NCBI GenBank assembly: GCA_043778225.1 | Contig: JAYWGM010000086.1 | Span: 1-64,000 of the forward strand | Direction of reading: 5' to 3' | Origin: Deinococcales bacterium | GTDB lineage: Bacteria; Deinococcota; Deinococci; Deinococcales; JAAFIG01 | DNA length: 64,000 nt | In this document: positions 20,042 to 29,898 of the stretch, piece after piece | Numbering within the stretch: position 1 is the first letter of the stretch | Layout: every line of letters begins with the position of its first letter | Notes under the pieces: generated by a model | What the model saw: only the letters and a program-made list of their open reading frames with translations | What the model was told of the DNA's origin: nothing | The model's database searches: none | Program-made: the position numbers and the translations under genes

Positions 20042-21022
20042 CTATAATAACTCGAGGTCAAAAGCGGCTTCTATTGTGCCAACTTCAAAACCAGCATGAT
20101 TTTTGAGGATTGGACTCCGTAGAGACTCGAGTGCATCTGGGTCGGACAACAGCTTTAACTGCTCGAGAATTGAAATGATGGCGATGTCTCGAGCGCGTTC
20201 TGAGCCATCCTCGATTTTCAGGGCAATTCCAAGATGACCGTGACTCGAGTTGCGAACCGCTACCCCAACATATGCCTCTGCGCCAATTTTTGAAATTAAG
20301 TTGGCTTGGGTCTGCATCAAAACTGTGTCTGAGCGGTTTGTACCCGCAATTAAATGCGGCTGGTTTCGCATCGTGCTAAATGCCAATTCGAGACCATCAG
20401 CGTACTCGGTGTTTGGCGCAGCCAGTTTGGACATCGCCAGCGCCGCCTGTTCGAGCGGCACACGAAAGCACGGCACACTGCATCCATCTGTACCAAGCCC
20501 GATGTCGGGGGTCTCAAAGCAAGTTCTAATGACGCTAAGAATTTCTTGTTGCAATGGATGTTCGGGCAAATAATAGCCTTCTATCGGTAAGCCTTTGACC
20601 AAGCACGCCGCCAGCATGGCAGCGTGCTTACCACTGCAATTATTTTGCAGCACACTTGGTTTTAAGCCAATCACCCGCATTTCTTTACGGGCTTCGGGGT
20701 CAAATGGCGCGTGAATCCCACATTTGAGCCAAGCCGAATCCACGCCACCTCGAGCCAGCAATTCCAGCACTGTTTCAACATGAATCGAGTCGCCAGCGTG
20801 AGAAGCCATGGCGATGGCTAAATGCCGCTCCTCGAGACCGAGTTGTTGCAAATATGGAATGAGTGGCTGAACCTGAAATGCCTTGGCGCTCGAACGCAAA
20901 AAACTCGAGAAACGCGGATTACCAACTTGGGCAAGTAAACGCCCTTGGGAAGAAACCACCGCCGCATGAACTTTGTGCCGAGACTCGAGCAAACCACCGC
21001 GCAAAACATGAACATAAGACAT
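20042..21022 (-). CDS. L-asparaginase II family protein
   Basis: RSSAKAFQ, ASHAG, NNCSGKH, DGCSVP, SKIGAEA, KIEDG. Confidence 0.9.
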   Translation of the reverse strand: MSYVHVLRGGLLESRHKVHAAVVSSQGRLLAQVGNPRFSSFLRSSAKAFQVQPLIPYLQQLGLEERHLAIAMASHAGDSIHVETVLELLARGGVDSAWLKCGIHAPFDPEARKEMRVIGLKPSVLQNNCSGKHAAMLAACLVKGLPIEGYYLPEHPLQQEILSVIRTCFETPDIGLGTDGCSVPCFRVPLEQAALAMSKLAAPNTEYADGLELAFSTMRNQPHLIAGTNRSDTVLMQTQANLISKIGAEAYVGVAVRNSSHGHLGIALKIEDGSERARDIAIISILEQLKLLSDPDALESLRSPILKNHAGFEVGTIEAAFDLELL

Positions 21023-21054
21023 AAAGCCAGTTTACGTGATATGGGTCAGGACTT

Positions 21055-21085
21055 GATTGACATAAATATGTCAATCTGCTAAACT
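21055..21085 (+). promoter_or_regulatory. vapBC promoter with overlapping palindromic operator
   Basis: GATTGACATA-AA-TATGTCAATC covers -35 TTGACA; 17 nt to TAAACT; ATG 6 nt later. Confidence 0.75.
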
Positions 21086-21091
21086 TTTTAC

Positions 21092-21340
21092 ATGAGAACA
21101 ACCGTCCGCCTCAACGATCAACTATTGCGCGACGCGAAACAATTTGCCTTGCAGCACAATCAGACACTGACAGATTTAATTGAAAAATCCTTGCGCCAAA
21201 TGATTCAAGCCAAGCCGATTAAACCCATAGAACTACCAACATGGGATTTAGGTCAACCACTTGTCAATCTTGATTTTTCCGATACCTCGGCAATCTTGGA
21301 TTTTCTTGACGAAGGCATAGATGTTCATTCTCGACGTTAA
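21092..21340 (+). CDS. vapB: VapB-type ribbon-helix-helix antitoxin
   Basis: MRTTVRLNDQLL...TLT..IE..LR; overlaps the PIN gene. Confidence 0.85.
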   Translation: MRTTVRLNDQLLRDAKQFALQHNQTLTDLIEKSLRQMIQAKPIKPIELPTWDLGQPLVNLDFSDTSAILDFLDEGIDVHSRR

Positions 21341-21743
21341 TATCCTGATTTATGCGTTTGCAAGCTCGAGTCCAAACCATCTGATGTACCGAAATTGGTT
21401 ACAATCAGCTTTGGTCAATTCTGAAGTTCGAGCGCCAAGTGTGGTCATAAGCGGCTTTTTACGAATTGTTAGCAATAAAAAACTTTATCCAAAAGCAGAT
21501 TTTGCTATGGCTTTGGCATTTTTGGATGGACTTGAATCTCAAACAAATTTTGCTGTTCTACATAGCTCAGAGCAACAATGGCGGATTTTTAAGAATCTGT
21601 GTCAAACGATGCAACCCACAGGTAATGATGTCTCAGATATTTTTATCGCCGCTTTTGCTTTTGAGTACAATGCAACACTGGTCAGTGCCGATAAAGGATT
21701 TGCACGATTTGCTCACCTAAAATGGTTAGAGCCAACTTTATAG
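21321..21743 (+). CDS. vapC: VapC PIN-domain toxin
   Basis: LDVNILIYA, FLRIV, GN.VSD..IAA, SADKGFARF. Confidence 0.9.
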   Translation: MFILDVNILIYAFASSSPNHLMYRNWLQSALVNSEVRAPSVVISGFLRIVSNKKLYPKADFAMALAFLDGLESQTNFAVLHSSEQQWRIFKNLCQTMQPTGNDVSDIFIAAFAFEYNATLVSADKGFARFAHLKWLEPTL

Positions 21744-22322
21744 ACTCCCTTTGGTGCTTGGCATATCGTTGTGGGTGACTCGAGTGGCGGCGTAGACAGC
21801 TTTTGCCAAGGCTTTGACAATCGCCTCAATCACATGATGGGCTTCGCGCCCAGCCAAAACCCGCACGTGCAAGGTGACAGCTGCATGATTACAAAAACCA
21901 CGTAAAAATTCGCGCAGATGGAAAATGTTAAAACCGTTGGCATCGCCAATCACGTTTAATTCCTCGGGGCGAAACTCGAGGTGCGCCCGACCAGAAAAAT
22001 CTAGCACCACCTGAGCCAGTGTTTCGTCCATTGGCACAAAAGCACTGCCGTAGCGCTCGAGACCCGTTTTATCGCTCAGGGCTTGGGCTAATGCCATACC
22101 CAGCACAATGCCGCAGTCTTCGATTAAATGGTGCGAGTCCACGGCTAAATCGCCAGTCGCTGCCACGATCAAACCGACTCGAGCATGGCGCTTAAAAGCA
22201 TCGAGCATATGGTCTAAAAAACCATGCCCAGTGCTGATGTTGCCCTCGAGTGGCGCATCGAGGTCTAAGCCGATACTAATTTGGGTCTCGAGCGTGTTGC
22301 GGCTGACTTGGGCTTGTCTCAT
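21738..22322 (-). CDS. hisB: Imidazoleglycerol-phosphate dehydratase
   Basis: R.T.ET, GFLDHML, D.HHLIED, PMDE, HH..EA..K; leaderless start after TACAAT. Confidence 0.95.
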   Translation of the reverse strand: MRQAQVSRNTLETQISIGLDLDAPLEGNISTGHGFLDHMLDAFKRHARVGLIVAATGDLAVDSHHLIEDCGIVLGMALAQALSDKTGLERYGSAFVPMDETLAQVVLDFSGRAHLEFRPEELNVIGDANGFNIFHLREFLRGFCNHAAVTLHVRVLAGREAHHVIEAIVKALAKAVYAATRVTHNDMPSTKGSL

Positions 22323-22519
22323 GGGTTTATTGTAACTCGAGATTTGACTGGTTTGGCGTATTTGATAAGCGTCTTTTGTAGCGATGAACGTATGGCAGGC
22401 ACGGAACTCAAGCAGCTTAAAAAAGAGAACGCAAAGGGCAACAGAAAACGTGCAGCAACTTGCTGACTCGACTAGGCAGACAAGCGGACAACAAATAACA
22501 AGCAGTGCTAAAATACAGC

Positions 22520-23110
22520 ATGACATTGGCTTTGGAACAAGAAAAGTTAATAATTTCACCGCTCGAGCTTGCCCCTCGGCGGTTTTCTTTTGCCGAATTT
22601 GAACAGATGAGCGAATCAGGATTATTTGCTGATGAACACGTTGAATTATTAAATGGGGAGATTTTTGTGAAAGGAATGCAAAGACCAAAACACGCTCGAG
22701 CCATTCGTCATTTGAACAAGGTCTTTGCTGAGTTATTTACAGGTAAAGCAGTTATTTCACCGCAACTGTCCCTGATTCTGCTCTCGCCACCACCCGATTT
22801 TGTCGAACCAGACATGGCACTTTTGCAACTTCCAGAAACACTTTATGACGACCGTAATCCTACCTCAACAGATGCCCTGCTGGTCATTGAAGTTTCAGAC
22901 ACCACTTTAGAGCGAGACCAAAATGCCAAGCTAAGGGCATATGCCCGAAATAACATTCCTGAATACTGGATTCTGAATTTGCACAACAATCAACTCGAGG
23001 TTAATCGTAACCCAGACGGCGAAGACTACCTCAAGACGCATAAGTATAAAGCTGGACAGGTTATTACACCGCTCGAGTTTACAGACTTCCTGCTCGAATG
23101 GTGGGTGTAA
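22520..23110 (+). CDS. Uma2 family endonuclease (DUF820)
   Basis: VELLNGEI, EPD, LVIEVSDTTL..D...K...YA...IPEYWILNL. Confidence 0.92.
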   Translation: MTLALEQEKLIISPLELAPRRFSFAEFEQMSESGLFADEHVELLNGEIFVKGMQRPKHARAIRHLNKVFAELFTGKAVISPQLSLILLSPPPDFVEPDMALLQLPETLYDDRNPTSTDALLVIEVSDTTLERDQNAKLRAYARNNIPEYWILNLHNNQLEVNRNPDGEDYLKTHKYKAGQVITPLEFTDFLLEWWV

Positions 23111-23113
23111 AGC

Positions 23114-24133
23114 ATGATGACTAACACCTACCAAGCGTTACTCGAGGACTTAAAAACGCGAGTACAACAAGCCAGAACAAAGGCAGCCCTTGCCGTCAAT
23201 AAAGAACTAATTGTGTTGTACTGGGAAATCGGTGGGCGCATTCTCGAGGCACAAAAAGCCAAAGGCTGGGGCGCAAAAGTCGTGCAACAATTAGCACAGG
23301 ATTTGAAAGCAGCCTTTCCAGAGATGAAAGGTTTCTCGAGAACCAATTTGTTGTACATGAGGGCATTTGCATCGGCTTACCCGAATTTTGAATTTGTCCA
23401 GCAACTTGCTGGACAATTACCGTGGTTTCATAATTGCGTGATTTTAGACAAATGCAAAACCCTTGAATTACGACAAACATACATTGCAGCCGCTTTTGAA
23501 AACGGATGGAGCAGACCTATTCTCGAGCATCAAATAGAAACAGCTTGGCATAACCGCACAGGACAAGCCATTACAAATTTTTCAAAAACACTACCAGAAC
23601 CACTTTCTGACCTTGCCCAGAATTTACTGAAAGACCCATACAATTTTGATTTTCTGGGATTGCACGACCAAGCCTTAGAGCGCGACATTGAACATGGTTT
23701 ACTCGAGCATCTTAAAAAATTCTTACTCGAATTGGGCGCAGGATTTGCCTTTGTCGGCAATCAATACCATCTTGAAGTTGGTGGACAAGATTTTTACATA
23801 GACCTGCTTTTTTATCACATCAAACTGCATTGTTATGTGGTGATTGAACTCAAAGCTCGAGAATTCACCCCCGAAGATGCGGGCAAACTTGGATTTTACC
23901 TATCGGCAGTGGATGGCGAATTACGAACCGAAGGCGACAATCCAAGCATTGGCTTATTGCTCTGCAAAACCAAAAATAAACTGGTGGCAGAATACGCCCT
24001 GAAAAACATGAACTTGCCACTTGGCGTGTCCGAATACCAACTGATTGAAAATCTACCTAAAGAATTAAAGACATCTTTACCCAGCATAGAAGAACTTGAA
24101 GCTCGACTAGGCAGACAAGAGGACATGGCATAA
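23114..24133 (+). CDS. YhcG/DUF1016 PD-(D/E)XK nuclease
   Basis: YWEIG..I, WGAKVV..LA.DL, KDPYNFDFL, FLLELGAGF, IDLLFYH..L.CYVVIELK. Confidence 0.92.
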   Translation: MMTNTYQALLEDLKTRVQQARTKAALAVNKELIVLYWEIGGRILEAQKAKGWGAKVVQQLAQDLKAAFPEMKGFSRTNLLYMRAFASAYPNFEFVQQLAGQLPWFHNCVILDKCKTLELRQTYIAAAFENGWSRPILEHQIETAWHNRTGQAITNFSKTLPEPLSDLAQNLLKDPYNFDFLGLHDQALERDIEHGLLEHLKKFLLELGAGFAFVGNQYHLEVGGQDFYIDLLFYHIKLHCYVVIELKAREFTPEDAGKLGFYLSAVDGELRTEGDNPSIGLLLCKTKNKLVAEYALKNMNLPLGVSEYQLIENLPKELKTSLPSIEELEARLGRQEDMA

Positions 24134-24272
24134 TAAGCGGTGTTACACTAACCAAATGACGGTTTTTCTCGAATAGAGATTTTGTACCAGCGATTTTGGA
24201 TTAGCCGAAGCGCTTGGGCTACAAGCTGAAACTCGAGACAAAGTTAAATTCGCATTGATATAATAAGGATAT

Positions 24273-25373
24273 ATGAGCTTACAAGCAGAAATTGAAATAG
24301 TCAGAGCTACTATCCGAACAGACAGCTATCCAATGTCTATTGGTGAATGGATGAATCTTTATGAAAGTGACGAAATAGACATTCATCCCGAATTCCAACG
24401 GTTTTTTAGATGGGATGAAAATCAGAAGTCGAGATTTATTGAGTCTTTACTACTTGGTATACCTATTCCACCGATTTTTGTCTCACAGAGAAAAGACGGG
24501 GTTTGGGATGTTGTAGACGGCTTACAGAGGCTATCAACTTTGTTTGAATTCTTTGGAATACTGAAAGATGAAAAAAAGGAAAACCTTCCTGCTTTATCTT
24601 TAGAAAAAACTGATTATTTGCCTTCATTACAAGGTAAGTATTGGCAACACGAAGATGAAGCGCAATCTTTTTCCAACACACAACGACTTATTATCAAACG
24701 TTCAAAAATAGACGCTAGTATTATCCTATATGAAAGCGACGAAAAAGCTAAATTTGAACTTTTCCAACGTTTGAACACAGGTGGCTCGAAACTCTCTGAT
24801 CAAGAAATTAGAAATAGTATTCTAGTGATGCTTAATCCTGATATTTACAAATGGATAAAAGATCTCTCTAATAATGAAAATTTTCAGCAGTGTATTGCGA
24901 TCACCGAAAAATCAGAGATAGAGTCCTATGATTTAGATTTAATTACTCGCTTTATTCTACTCAGGAATATTGATATTGAAAAACTAAGAGGTCTTGGCGA
25001 TGTTAATTATTTTCTGAATAAAGAGATGATTGAAGTTGTGAAAAGTAGCTCTATTGACATTGCGAAGGAATTTGTGATTTTTCAGGAGGTCTTTAGAACG
25101 CTAAATGAGGTTTTAGCTGATAATTCATTCCGCAAATTCAATGTTGCAAAAAGTAAATTTGGAGGTGGGTTTTTAATTTCCGCATTTGAAGTTATTGCTC
25201 TTGGGCTTGGGTTTAATTCTGAAAATATATCAACTAAAAAACCAAATATAGAATCCATAGTAAAAGAATTATGGTCGAATGAAGACTTTCTAAGATACTC
25301 GGGTTCTGGAATCAGGGCTTCATCACGGCTACCGAACAATATTCCGCTCGGAAGAAGAATTTTCTCGTCATGA
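24273..25373 (+). CDS. DUF262 (ParB/GmrS-like) domain protein
   Basis: PEFQRFFRW, SRFIESLLLGIPIP, VVDGLQRL, FQRLNTGG..LS.QEIRN; AT-rich. Confidence 0.9.
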   Translation: MSLQAEIEIVRATIRTDSYPMSIGEWMNLYESDEIDIHPEFQRFFRWDENQKSRFIESLLLGIPIPPIFVSQRKDGVWDVVDGLQRLSTLFEFFGILKDEKKENLPALSLEKTDYLPSLQGKYWQHEDEAQSFSNTQRLIIKRSKIDASIILYESDEKAKFELFQRLNTGGSKLSDQEIRNSILVMLNPDIYKWIKDLSNNENFQQCIAITEKSEIESYDLDLITRFILLRNIDIEKLRGLGDVNYFLNKEMIEVVKSSSIDIAKEFVIFQEVFRTLNEVLADNSFRKFNVAKSKFGGGFLISAFEVIALGLGFNSENISTKKPNIESIVKELWSNEDFLRYSGSGIRASSRLPNNIPLGRRIFSS

Positions 25374-26026
25374 AAATAAGAACACTTGAGCAATTAACAC
25401 TGACTTTAGATGAAGATTTGGTGTGGCGTAAAAAAGAAATCTCTCTTCTCAAATCTTTTGTTACTAAGAAGTTCAATAATTCTCAAGAAGATGCACACAC
25501 TAGGAGTTTAGTGGTTATTACCTACGCGCATTGGGAAGGTTTTATCAAAAATTCTTCTCAAGCATATCTAAATTACGTTTCAATGCGAAAGTTGCCTTAC
25601 GCACACTTATCAATAAATATGTTGTCGATAGCGATCAGGAAAATTCTTGGGCGTGCATTTCAAAGTAAAAAACTGGAAGACCACATAGAATTAGTTGATT
25701 TTTTTGATTCTAAAATGCAAGAGAAGTTTTCAGATAACGTTGAAAACTCTATAAATACCAAATCAAATTTATCTTCAGACGTTTTTTTTGAAATTCTTTT
25801 GTCGGTAGGTATTGACAAAAGTAAATTTGAAGGAAAAAAAAATTTAATTGATGAAAAACTACTAAAAAGTCGGAATAGCATCGCACATGGTAGTGAATTA
25901 TTAATATCGCAAGAAGATGCCATTTCTACCAGTGAGACGATAATCCAAATGCTGGATTTATTTAAAACTGAAATTCTAGATGCTGCTCAATTCAAGTTAT
26001 ATATGAATTCTAAGGCTAGAGAATGA
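25370..26026 (+). CDS. MAE_28990/MAE_18760-like HEPN nuclease
   Basis: [27 protein letters not shown] (Rx4H); ATGA overlaps on both sides. Confidence 0.85.
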   Translation: MKIRTLEQLTLTLDEDLVWRKKEISLLKSFVTKKFNNSQEDAHTRSLVVITYAHWEGFIKNSSQAYLNYVSMRKLPYAHLSINMLSIAIRKILGRAFQSKKLEDHIELVDFFDSKMQEKFSDNVENSINTKSNLSSDVFFEILLSVGIDKSKFEGKKNLIDEKLLKSRNSIAHGSELLISQEDAISTSETIIQMLDLFKTEILDAAQFKLYMNSKARE

Positions 26027-29000
26027 ATAACATTTCTTCCCTTCTAGAGTCGCGCATTTTGGTTTTAGATGGCGCAATGGGAACAATGATTCAGCAGCAT
26101 AATCTGCATGAAAAAGATTTTCGTCACTCGAGTTTTACGTCGGTGCAAAGTTTATTTGGCGATAATGACCTTCTGTCCATTTCGCGCCCTGATATTATTC
26201 AGGGTATTCACGAAGCGTATCTCGAGGCTGGTGCGGATATTATCAGCACCAATACCTTTAACGCCACGGCTATTAGCCAACTCGATTATGAAATGCAAAG
26301 CCATGTGCGAGAAATCAATCTTGCGGCAGCACAGGTAGCTCGAGCAGCAGTAGACAAATTCCAGAGTCTCGAGAAACCGCGTTTTGTGGCTGGGGCGCTT
26401 GGTCCAACGTCTCGCACCGCAAGTATTAGTCCTAAAGTTGAAGATGCAGCTTTTCGCAATGTCACCTTTGATGAACTGGTCGAGACCTACACCGAACAAG
26501 CCACAGCACTCTTGGATGGTGGTGTGGATTTACTGCTGCTCGAGACGATTTTTGATACCTTAAACGCCAAAGCTGCCCTGTTTGCCCTCGAGAATCTGTT
26601 TGAGGCAAGGGGGCAACGAACCCCGTTAATCATTTCTGGCACGATTACTGACCAGTCCGGACGAACCCTTTCTGGGCAAACCGCCGAGGCATTCTATATT
26701 TCGGTCAAACACGCCAAACCGCTTGCTGTGGGCTTAAATTGTGCTTTGGGCGCAGAAATGTTCCGCCCACACCTTCGCGCCCTCTCGAGCATCGCTGGCG
26801 AGTTTATCAGTTGCTACCCAAATGCTGGTCTGCCCAATGCCTTTGGCGAGTACGACGACACCCCCGAGTACATGGCGCAAGTGCTGGGTAACTTTGCCAA
26901 GGAAGGGCTGCTGAACCTTGTTGGAGGCTGCTGCGGCAGTACGCCGGCGCACATCAGGGCAATCGCTGATGCGGTGCGTGGAGTCGAGCCGAGAAGGGCG
27001 CAAGGGGCTTTGGTAGGTCAGCGACCCAGCCTGTTAGGTGCATCTTTAGGGTCAAGACAGGACAGACATAGGGGTCTGTCCCTACGGGATAATGGCGTTG
27101 TTGTAGGGGCGAACCCCCATATTCGCCCTGTAACAGAAAATGATTCACCAATTACTAACCCGATGTTCTCTGGTCTCGAGCCATTGGTTATTACGGCTGA
27201 CACGAATTTTGTGAACGTTGGTGAACGGAGCAACATCACAGGAAGTCCGAAGTTTTCCAAGGCGATTCTCGAGGGGGATTTTGAGGCGGGTCTGGTGATT
27301 GCACGGCAGCAAGTGGCGGCTGGGGCGCAAATTGTTGACATCAACATGGATGAGGGCTTGCTCGATTCCCAAGCCGCGATGGTTAAATTCCTCAGTCTGG
27401 TGGCGGGTGAACCAGAAATTGCTCGAGTGCCTTTGATGATTGACTCGAGCAAGTGGGATGTTCTCGAGGCTGGCTTAAAGTGCGTGCAGGGCAAAGCCAT
27501 TGTCAATTCGCTGAGCCTCAAAGATGGTGAAACCGAGTTCAAGCGCAGAGCCGAGTTGGTGCGGCGGTATGGTGCGGCGGCGGTGGTTATGGCGTTTGAT
27601 GAGGCTGGTCAAGCTGATGATTTAGAGCGCCGTAAAGAAATTTGCTCGAGGGCGTATAACATTCTGGTCAGTAATGGCTGGGATGCGACCGATATTATTT
27701 TTGACCCGAATGTTCTGACGGTGGCTACAGGCATCGAAGCGCATAACGCTTATGCGCTGGATTTTATCCAAGCAACGCGCTGGATTAAAGAAAATCTGCC
27801 TGGAGCGCTGGTTTCGGGTGGTATCAGCAATGTTTCTTTTAGTTTTCGCGGCAATAATACGGTGCGCGAAGCCATGCACAGTGTGTTTTTGTACCATGCG
27901 ATTAAAGCTGGCTTAGACATGGGAATTGTCAATGCGGGAATGCTCGAGGTCTATGAAAATATCATTCCAGAACTGCGTGATTGTGTTGAAGATGTGATTC
28001 TCAACCGCCGCGAAGATGCCTCTGAACGGCTGCTCGAGATGGCAAATACGGTTAAAGGCGAGAAGAAATCTGAAACCAAAAAACTCGAGTGGCGTGGTTT
28101 TGATGTCGAGAAACGGCTCGAGTTTGCCTTGGTGCAGGGCATTAGCGACTTTATTGAAACCGATGTTGAAGAGGCACGGCACTTGTTTGCCCGTCCGCTC
28201 GAGGTCATCGAGCAACCCCTGATGCGCGGCATGAATGTTGTCGGGGATTTATTTGGGGCTGGTAAAATGTTCCTGCCGCAAGTGGTTAAGTCGGCTCGAG
28301 TGATGAAAAAAGCTGTGGCGTATTTAACTCCGTTTCTCGAGGCGGATAAACTGGGGAGTGGCTCGAGCAGCGCAGGTAAGGTGCTGATGGCAACCGTCAA
28401 AGGCGATGTGCATGACATTGGCAAGAACATTGTTGGTGTGGTGCTGGGTTGTAACGGGTACGAAATTACGGACATGGGTGTGATGGTTTCGGCTGAACGG
28501 ATTCTCGAGAAAGCCCAAGAAATCGGCGCGGACTTAATAGGTTTATCGGGTTTAATCACGCCAAGTTTAGATGAAATGGTTCATGTGGCACGAGAAATGA
28601 CGCGGCTTGGAATCACCACACCGCTTTTGATTGGTGGCGCAACCACTTCTAAAGCGCATACGGCTGTGAAAATCGAACCAGTTATACAAAGCCCAGTGGT
28701 TCATGTCTTGGATGCTTCTCGGGCTGTGACTGTGGCGCAAAAACTGTTATCCTCAGACCGCGATTCGTACCATGAAACCATCAAAGCTGAGTACGCTGCC
28801 CTGCGAATTGCTCGAGCCGAGCGCACGATTAAATTCTTGACGCTCGAGGAAGCCCAAAGCCGCAAACCAATGCTCGAGTTTGCGCCTGTCAAACCTGCGT
28901 GGCTTGGCACAAAAACCCTCGAGTACAGCATCTCGAGCCTGCGTGATTTGATTGACTGGACACCATTTTTTATCGCTTGGGAATTAAAAGGGCGTTATCC

Positions 29001-29859
29001 ATACATTTTTGACGATGCTGCCGTTGGCATAGAAGCCAAAAAACTATTTGCAGATGCCCAGAAAATGCTGGATGTTCTCGAGACCAAACTCGAGGCAAAA
29101 GCGGTGATTGGTTTTTGGCAAGCCAATGCTGTCAACGACGACATTCATCTGACCATTCCAACTGTAGGGGCGACCCTCGTGGTCGCCCAGCCAAAGCCCT
29201 ATGCCTTTGCATCGGGCGAGTTCAGGGCGGGTATAAGACCCGCCCCTACGATTTTGCACACCATTCGTCAGCAGCGTGATCAGCGCGAGGCGAATACCGC
29301 CTTATCGGATTTTATCGCACCACTCGAGTCTGGACTAACAGATTATATCGGGGCGTTTGCTTGTACCATCCATGGTGCAGAGCAGATTGCTCGAGATTTT
29401 GAACTCGAGTTGGACGACTACAATTCAATTCTTTGTAAAGCCCTAGCAGACCGTCTTGCCGAAAGTTTAGCCGAGAAACTTCATGCCGATGTGCGCCGCG
29501 AGCATTGGGGTTACGCAAGGGACGAGAACTTGACAACTCAGGATTTAATCAAAGAGCGCTATGCGGGAATTCGTCCAGCACCGGGCTACCCAGCCCAGCC
29601 AGACCACACCGAAAAAGCCACGATTTTTGCACTTCTTGAAGCAGAGCGGATTGGTCTCGAGCTAACCGAAAGCTATGCCATGACTCCAGCCTCGAGTGTT
29701 TCGGGCTTGTACTTAGCACACCCAGACTCGAGGTACTTTGCGGTTGGGCGGGTGGCAAAAGACCAAGTGCAGGATTATGCGCTGCGTAAAGGCATCAGTC
29801 TCGAGGTGGCAGAGCGTTGGTTAGCCCCGATTTTAGGCTACGAGCCAATTTCATCTTAA
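26023..29859 (+). CDS. metH: B12-dependent methionine synthase with two in-frame repeat-derived insertions
   Basis: [46 protein letters not shown]. Confidence 0.97.
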   Translation: MNNISSLLESRILVLDGAMGTMIQQHNLHEKDFRHSSFTSVQSLFGDNDLLSISRPDIIQGIHEAYLEAGADIISTNTFNATAISQLDYEMQSHVREINLAAAQVARAAVDKFQSLEKPRFVAGALGPTSRTASISPKVEDAAFRNVTFDELVETYTEQATALLDGGVDLLLLETIFDTLNAKAALFALENLFEARGQRTPLIISGTITDQSGRTLSGQTAEAFYISVKHAKPLAVGLNCALGAEMFRPHLRALSSIAGEFISCYPNAGLPNAFGEYDDTPEYMAQVLGNFAKEGLLNLVGGCCGSTPAHIRAIADAVRGVEPRRAQGALVGQRPSLLGASLGSRQDRHRGLSLRDNGVVVGANPHIRPVTENDSPITNPMFSGLEPLVITADTNFVNVGERSNITGSPKFSKAILEGDFEAGLVIARQQVAAGAQIVDINMDEGLLDSQAAMVKFLSLVAGEPEIARVPLMIDSSKWDVLEAGLKCVQGKAIVNSLSLKDGETEFKRRAELVRRYGAAAVVMAFDEAGQADDLERRKEICSRAYNILVSNGWDATDIIFDPNVLTVATGIEAHNAYALDFIQATRWIKENLPGALVSGGISNVSFSFRGNNTVREAMHSVFLYHAIKAGLDMGIVNAGMLEVYENIIPELRDCVEDVILNRREDASERLLEMANTVKGEKKSETKKLEWRGFDVEKRLEFALVQGISDFIETDVEEARHLFARPLEVIEQPLMRGMNVVGDLFGAGKMFLPQVVKSARVMKKAVAYLTPFLEADKLGSGSSSAGKVLMATVKGDVHDIGKNIVGVVLGCNGYEITDMGVMVSAERILEKAQEIGADLIGLSGLITPSLDEMVHVAREMTRLGITTPLLIGGATTSKAHTAVKIEPVIQSPVVHVLDASRAVTVAQKLLSSDRDSYHETIKAEYAALRIARAERTIKFLTLEEAQSRKPMLEFAPVKPAWLGTKTLEYSISSLRDLIDWTPFFIAWELKGRYPYIFDDAAVGIEAKKLFADAQKMLDVLETKLEAKAVIGFWQANAVNDDIHLTIPTVGATLVVAQPKPYAFASGEFRAGIRPAPTILHTIRQQRDQREANTALSDFIAPLESGLTDYIGAFACTIHGAEQIARDFELELDDYNSILCKALADRLAESLAEKLHADVRREHWGYARDENLTTQDLIKERYAGIRPAPGYPAQPDHTEKATIFALLEAERIGLELTESYAMTPASSVSGLYLAHPDSRYFAVGRVAKDQVQDYALRKGISLEVAERWLAPILGYEPISS
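27017..27061. repeat. 45-bp dispersed repeat, copy 2 (in frame within metH)
   Basis: 43/45 identical to 718-762. Confidence 0.9.
27060..27128. repeat. Pair of GTAG-family REP palindromes inside metH
   Basis: GGACAGAC-ATAGGG-GTCTGTCC-CTAC (27060-27085) and GTAG-GGGCGAA-CCCCCATA-TTCGCCC (27103-27128). Confidence 0.8.
29164..29249. repeat. REPIN (inverted REP doublet) inside metH
   Basis: GTAGGGGCGACCCTCGTGGTCGCCC, spacer, GGGCGGGTATAAGACCCGCCCCTAC. Confidence 0.85.
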
Positions 29860-29898
29860 ATCGGGAACTCGAGACACAGGTTTGACGTACGATAGACC

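Noticed and set aside
22340..22500. SAM or cobalamin riboswitch for the run of genes ending in metH
   Set aside because: Only a loose resemblance to SAM-II/V (AACGTATGGC...GCAGCTTAAAAAAG) with poor P1 pairing, and no SAM-I or B12-box core. An Infernal/Rfam search would settle it. A short ELKQLKKENA peptide here might instead be an IS3 remnant.
22323..22688. Long N-terminal extension of HisB in the ORF track (and similar extensions on RidA, CdaR, RES, NuoA and GT2)
   Set aside because: Most of these extensions overlap neighbouring genes or promoters, and -10 or RBS signals point to shorter starts.
24150..24265. Small gene between YhcG and DUF262
   Set aside because: TACACT-6nt-ATG is followed by a stop after 6 codons; at most an unidentifiable remnant.
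26990..27160. Intein or intron in metH
   Set aside because: Too short, no C/S...HN splice motifs or intron structure; explained by REP and repeat DNA.
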